The position numbers were made by a program, and so were the translations under genes. 20,000 nucleotides of DNA. Origin: Patellaria atrata CBS 101060 (taxonomy: Eukaryota). Numbering within the stretch: the first letter of the stretch is position 1; each line of letters opens with the position of its first letter. The notes under the pieces were generated by a model. It had not been told where the DNA came from and searched no databases. It saw nothing but the letters and a program-made list of their open reading frames with translations. The stretch lies in contig MU006089.1 of NCBI GenBank assembly GCA_010093705.1, positions 207,655 through 227,654 on the forward strand. Reading direction: 5' to 3'. Below, in pieces: positions 12,902 to 20,000 of this stretch.

Positions 12902-13450
12902 ATTGGATCTTGCCATAAGGATGATGGAAGGTCGTATGTATTCTCCTAGCAGCTATTTTAAGGTATTAAGAAGTGAAACCAAAGAGGATTAATTTTAGCT
13001 TAAACTGCACTAGATAAGGTCCAATACTCTATAAACATGAAAATATTATGTTATAGCACATGCAAATTGATCTATAGTTTTCCTTGCAGAATTCCATACA
13101 GTGCATGCCAGCTTCGCCTGGTAAGGTATTTGCCGTCATATTATTGTACCGTACACGGGTCGTTTTACAGTACGGAGTACGGTAAGTTAATTACGCGGTA
13201 ATACCAAATTTTCCCGAGCCCCCACATAACACGTGCGTAGTAACCTTGACGTCCAGCTGCCCTCATTGGATACATAAATTTTATATAGTCCCGCTACTTC
13301 GCTCTGTTGCTTTTCTTACTTTGTTGCTCGCTCACAAACATTTTGTATTCGCGAGTTAGATATTACACAGCCATTGATCTGTAGGGTGCAAGTAATTCCA
13401 TTCCTCCCGCGCATTGGTACCCAGATACTTTTCCCCCAAACCAATTCATC

Positions 13451-14701
<1,251 letters not shown>

Positions 14702-15995
14702 CGGTTTCGACCAGTAACTCGCACGGCATATGTGCAAATATGGATCATTGAAAGGCGTTCGGTGTTCGTAGCAGGAAAGATCGAGCATGTTCTGGCACGG
14801 TTGGCGCTCCTTGAGAACATCTACTGTTCGGATCTTGGTAAAAGTGAATTTGATGGCGAGATATCAAGGGAAATTCAAGAAATAAAGTATCAAAATGAGA
14901 ATTCAAAAAGCTACACGAATGCTTCTCCGCATCCCCAGTCTGTTCGGACATTTAGCACGTCGCCCACACTTTACCAGGACTTCTACCGCAAAATAGTCTT
15001 CTCGTCCAGGTGGTATCAAACCGAATTATTGAGTTGCATTCCAACGCATGTCGCCGTTCACTTGGAATATAGCACCCAGTAATAACCACCACATCGGAGA
15101 GCGTGCACGCTGTGTCATTCCAACATTGAGGCGGCACATCTGGTTGGTGAAGCGGGAGTAAAGTCACTACAACGATTCGGCTGTGTATCAAATTCTTGAA
15201 TGAATTCATGTAGTCTAGACTCTCCATAACTGAAGAATTAGAATACGTCACCCATCAGATTTCTCTTCGTTCACTGTTGGTCTATGCTATCTGCAGTTGA
15301 ACTTCGACGGGAGATAATCAAGTGGACCTTGTACCGAGTATAGACGCATTCACCAGTCACATATTTGAGTACCGTGATATCATTCAATTCAGATAACCCG
15401 AGGTGTACGTCGTATTCGATCCCCGACCTTCAGTTTCCCGCTCATATGGACCAATAACCCGATTAACGCATGTCTCAGTTAAAAAGTGTGTAGAATTTTA
15501 TACTTCCTCTACTCTGGAGTCAGCGATTAGGAATCGTCAAGGAATCAATATGCTCACTTCTATTTGAGGCCGATATCGCTTTGTCAATTCGTATTATATG
15601 CACACTGTAGTAGCATGATTTTTGTTTTGAAGATCGACTGGAGGGCCGAGTCTCCTTGCTTCATTTCAAGAACGGGTGGGGATTGATAGGTTCTTTATCA
15701 AACCGATAGGAGTTGGAATTGCCGAAATGGAAGATGATTGTGAGGCTATCACTTAGTTTATCATATTTTACTTAAGGCGCAATGGTGATTACTGCTCGTT
15801 ATTTCTCAGGGAAGAATGAGTTCATAAGTTCTTCCGCATTAGATGATGATTTTACTCAGTTAACAGACGCTATTATGGACCGGCAGTACTACACAGCTAT
15901 GTGGTAATAAAGTGTACTACTTCACGATTGGCTCCGAGCACCCTTGAATACAACCTTAGACAGACGCTTGTCGATACACAACAAAGACCTGAGTA

Positions 15996-18025
15996 TCACG
16001 CAACTCCTTCCCCGTCCAGGATCCCCCTCAATATGGAACTACCAGCGCCCTCGATTGTAGCAGTTAACTCCTTTCTTCCTATACAACTCGCCACCTGCTT
16101 CTCTTCTATAACATGAGTCCCGAAACCTCCTCCACGACCTTTTCGACTCGGAGTTGTCGCTGGAGTAAAGCTCCCCTGCTTGCCCTCTGCGGATGAGATT
16201 AAGGAGAGCGCTTCTAAGCTGCTTAGAATATCCCTGAACTCGGTGCTAGTGAGTGGATGAAGGACGTTTTCGCGCTTGCATAGAACTGTGTACACCTCGA
16301 AGAGAGTTCTCACGGTAGGAGCTGAAGTGGTAGTAATGCACGGCTTAGAAGGGGTGTTTGTGATAATGTTCAGAGACGAGGCGCGGTTCTTCGTCTCTAG
16401 CGCAGAAAGGGCGCATAACACAGCTTTCTGTTGCAAGTTCAACGCCTTGAGACGCTGGGTTGTGCCGTTGCTAAAGATGACCGATGTGATGCGGGCCATG
16501 TGCGCGATGGTGGCTCGTGGTGCAGTTTCGGCCGTAAGATGACTGAGGGTAGCGGCTGTGGCGGTTTGTCGAGCAGCTTTAGAGGGAGAACGAGGAGTCT
16601 GTGGAGAAGAGAGGTTCATGTTTTCCACTAGTGGTATCTTAGACGGACTAGACGTCGGAGTGAGCTCACAAGCCTTCCTGACATGTTGGTCCTTCGTTTC
16701 AGCTTCGATGAGATCAATGGCGCGGCGACAGATATCTAATGCTTTGCGTAGATCGCCGCTTTGAGCAGCTACTTTCTTGGAGAGAAACTGGATGGCGGTA
16801 GGGTGGATGAACGGAACATAGTCTGCAGCTGCCATCTCTCCTTCTTGGACGAGAGCTTTAAGCTTACCTGTAATGACGGATGCAATCTGGGTGGCGGAGT
16901 AGGGTAGAAAAGGAAGCAGATGGGGTTTCAAACCACGAGATTTCAGTCGAGGTAGAAAGCGGTCCGTAAAGTCAAGAGCATTTGCAATTCCGATAAGTAC
17001 CAAGCTCGATTTCGGACTTAGAGACCATTGAAAAAGATTGTACAAGAGCTCCAAATCGACGTCAAGGAGATGGTCGATTTCGTCCAGGGTTACCAAATAA
17101 GTTACTTCGCGCTCGAAGACGGCTCGCTTGAGAATCTCAACGTCTGTCCCTACCAGGTCGATGCGGACATTTTCGCCGAACTTCTCTAGCAGGATGGTAT
17201 AGATGTCATCGGCGCTCTTGACACTCATGCAATTCACGTAGGTATAGACCGTCTCGTCCTTGATATCTCCATAACCTTGACAGATCTCATCGACGAATGC
17301 GCTTTTGCCAGTTCCGGGAGGCCCAGAAATATAAATGCATCCGTTCTTGGCCTTCTGAACACGGGTTGAAATGAAAGAAGTGAGTTCTTCCCGTTCTTTC
17401 TCTCGACCGAACAACTTGCCTCGATTGCTACTTCGGGTAAATGTCTGACGGGCTTCATTGTAGATGGTAGGAATAAGGGATCGCGGCGTCGATGGTGTCC
17501 GCGGAGTGTGCGGCGTCAGTGGTTTCCCTACAACGCCTACTCTGTGCCGAGGGGTGATGGGTATCCTCCTGGAAGCCGTATCACGATGCCTTGGAGTCTG
17601 CGGTTGGGAAGATTGCTTAGAGAGTGCGGTGGATGAAGTCGTGTTCAAAATTGTCGCTCGAGATTTGCCCTTCGATTGGGAAGGTGAGAAGACAATGTGT
17701 GTCTCGGCAACTCCATGTTTGGTAGGAGTCGTTTCTACTACTCTTCGTCTCTTCTCCCGTGACGACTTGTGATCTACCGGAAGCTCGTCCAGATCATCAA
17801 ATCCATCGTCGGTAGTCGACAAGTGAGATACGAATGGATTTTCGTTCTCATTATTCTCAATCACAAAAGCCCTCCGTTTAGATCGTGTGTTCCGTACTAT
17901 ACTAGAGCCTAGGAAGTTCGGTGAGCGAGGCTGATTGATGGGATGAAAAGAGAATCCCGTTGTTTATTATCCGTACCTGTACATTCTACGTTTCTACTTC
18001 TCTTTCCTAGAACGGTTGAAGACAT
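15996..18025 (-). CDS. CDC6: Replication licensing AAA+ ATPase Cdc6/Cdc18, about 653 aa; exons 18025-17977, 17908-15996
   Basis: Walker A YISGPPGTGKS, YVNCMSV, Walker B VTLDEIDHL, LIGIANALDFTDRFLPRL, SGDLRKALDICRRA, C-terminal winged-helix region and many S/T-P CDK sites. Exon 1 MSSTVLGKRSR is joined in frame by intron 17976-17909 (GTACGG..GCTCAC..TAG, phase 1). Confidence 0.95.
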
Positions 18026-18140
18026 TGTGGTCCAAAGTAGAAGGCACTACCTTATGAGGGTAGGTAGAGGTGAGATATAAAAGAGCAAGTGCGAATGGTG
18101 GTGATGGAGATGGATGAGAAGAATGCTCGGACTGGGAGGT

Positions 18141-18290
18141 ACGCGCGGAGGTCAAGAAGAGAAGTGGCAGCCACGGCGCGCCAAGGATGGTGGAACTATC
18201 GCGTTTCGCGTTCAACGCTAGAAAACCACTTCCGGACTTCCACCGAGAGAAATTATCCGACAATTAGCCATGAGAACTGCACGTCGCGTG
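18141..18290 (-). promoter_or_regulatory. Cluster of MCB/SCB-like CGCG elements upstream of CDC6 (candidate MBF sites)
   Basis: ACGCGCG at 18141, GGCGCGCC at 18175-18182, tandem ACGCGAAACGCGA on the minus strand at about 18199-18211, and ACGCGA (minus) at 18284-18289. Yeast CDC6 and S. pombe cdc18 are known MBF targets. Confidence 0.6.
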
Positions 18291-18896
18291 TCTAGATAGG
18301 AACCACGTGCAGACCAACCTCAAAGTTCACGACAACATCACATGCATACCACCTCAGCTTTGCTTGACGGCGAGACATCGCCCAACTATTCCGCCGGCTA
18401 TCATCCGCCATGCATTTATTATGTGACCCGTAATAAGGGAGCAATCATCCATGTCTGTTAATCTGTAACTTTCTATCTTTTTAACCGTTTGATCATCCAG
18501 TTCAGTACAAATGACCCACTCACCGTCGCTTGCCCTCTGTGCCGTGTTTGCGTCAGCTACCATCAACACTTCTCTGGTCTTCAACGAGTCTTTTGGACTT
18601 CTGTCTCCGGCGGTCAGGAGGCTCAGAGCTATGTAGCGTCGTTTCTTAAACGCCGGGTTTATTACGGCACATGCTGTTTGTCAGTCTATATGCCGCCTCT
18701 CTCGAGGTCAGAATTGTCACTTATTAGACACTTAAGGGAGCAATCAACCCATTTTTGACACTCCCCATTCATATAAAGTAATCCATCAGTACTGCAGCTG
18801 TTTCTGTCATCTACTCGCTGGTCAAAAAGTAACTACAGTCATAATACAGTAGCACTTTTTACAACTCGGCGTTGAAGCGCTGCTCCTAAATCAACC

Positions 18897-19370
18897 ATGA
18901 CCCCTTTTGCGCGCTGTCCATGCGAGGTGCCCTGCTTTTATCACGATATTCCTATTTATGACCCAGTACACATACCTTTGCGAACAAGGACCAATCGTAA
19001 TTGCCAGTGGTGTGCTATATGGCATCGCTACCTTCCGGGTTTCGTAGGTGGGACCAATCGAACTATTTTCTTCATCCTTCTAATCAAGCCGATTATGTAG
19101 GAAAATGACCCTATATTTGAAGAAATAAAGTATTCCTTTACGCGCGTGCATCGATACTTCACTCGCCAGACGAGCGACGATGAATTCGCCATAGCGCAGA
19201 ATATCTGCCGTATCTCGGATATTCTATGGCATCTGCACAAATTGAACCGGTGGAGGCCAGGCCTAGCACCCCTTTCCCAAAGGTTGAATGATATGGCCAA
19301 ACAAATCTTTCCATATCAATGGAGGGCACTCAACTCCTCAAAGCCACATGGTCTTTTACATTACTCCTGA
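18897..19370 (+). CDS. Hypothetical Cys/His-rich protein, about 138 aa; exons 18897-19043, 19101-19370
   Basis: Start context TCAACCATG; TATAAA at 18772-18777; 57-nt intron 19044-19100 (GTAGGT..TCTAAT..TAG, phase 0) joins two same-frame ORFs. No family recognised. Confidence 0.55.
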
Positions 19371-20000
19371 TCAAACGCTCCTTTGAACTTTTACTTTCTC
19401 TTTGAACCCTGTACGCTTGCTCTTAAAGGCGCATGCCATTGAACTGTATAGGGAAGGCGAAATATAAGAAGCATCCTCAGCTGTACGTAGGACATGACCA
19501 TATAGGTGCTCGAGCTCTTTCAATACTGCGGAAAACTACCTCCGGGAGATGTTTGTCAAGCGTACAATAAGAAGTCTTCAATAACTCTGTTCAAAACTTT
19601 GCACAGACATGAGGGTTGCTAACATAGGAATTCAGTATGAGTAATCTTCTGTTGCTGTTCACCTCAATGGTTGGAAGTGTAAGATCATGTTCCAGTTAGT
19701 TGTTAATTATTTTTGACCTTTGGGAATGCCAAATCGCATGAAACATCCACATGATGCGAATTCCTCGACGGCATAGTTCTCGTTGAATATGTAATAGGAT
19801 GTTGACGTGAAAAGGTTTCTGAGATTGATCCCTCTCCTGCCCTGCGAAAACTTGTAGGTAGAGATCGATTTGATGTGGTCCGTGCGCTACCACTAGAGTT
19901 CCTCGCAGTGTGGCCAATAATACTTTAGTATTAGATACTATCGAATACGGATTAGTATTGTATCGGATCGATATCGATAAATACCTTAATAATACCTTAA

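Noticed and set aside
14732..15251. ORFs of 116, 68 and 99 aa between ARO3 and CDC6
   Set aside because: Overlapping on opposite strands, partly non-ATG starts, no recognisable domain or convincing splice structure; most likely 3'UTR or intergenic sequence.
15408..15428. GTCGTATTCGATCCCCGAC, resembling a tRNA T-arm or B-box
   Set aside because: Mismatched T-loop consensus, and no A-box, anticodon arm or acceptor stem could be folded.
15843..15992. ATGATGA ... CTGA as a possible C/D box snoRNA
   Set aside because: Long spacing, no terminal stem or recognisable rRNA guide, and it lies antisense to the CDC6 3'UTR.
19372..19917. Short minus-strand open stretches that might be a decayed gene
   Set aside because: Interrupted by stops in all frames, with no recognised homology or consistent splice path.

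Overview
Gene-dense, intron-containing DNA from a filamentous ascomycete (Pezizomycotina; inferred from short GT-AG introns with CTRAY branch sites and from protein families recognised by eye). Seven conserved genes were spliced by hand: SET1 (+), eIF3 subunit M (+), URA6 UMP-CMP kinase (-), PRP28 (+), a xylose-isomerase-like TIM-barrel enzyme of the 3-dehydroshikimate dehydratase type (+), Phe-type DAHP synthase ARO3 (+) and CDC6 (-). Three observations stand out. (1) A 108-aa ORF with a mitochondrial-presequence-like N-terminus and one TM helix lies 33 nt upstream of URA6, in the same frame, separated by two TAG codons inside a candidate 36-nt intron; this suggests a dicistronic or alternatively fused microprotein-URA6 unit. 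(2) The dehydroshikimate-dehydratase-like gene sits in tandem with DAHP synthase, a possible protocatechuate-producing pair. (3) A two-exon Cys/His-rich 138-aa orphan gene at 18897-19370 is split in two by the ORF track. No RNA genes, intact mobile elements or CRISPR arrays were seen. No database searches were run.
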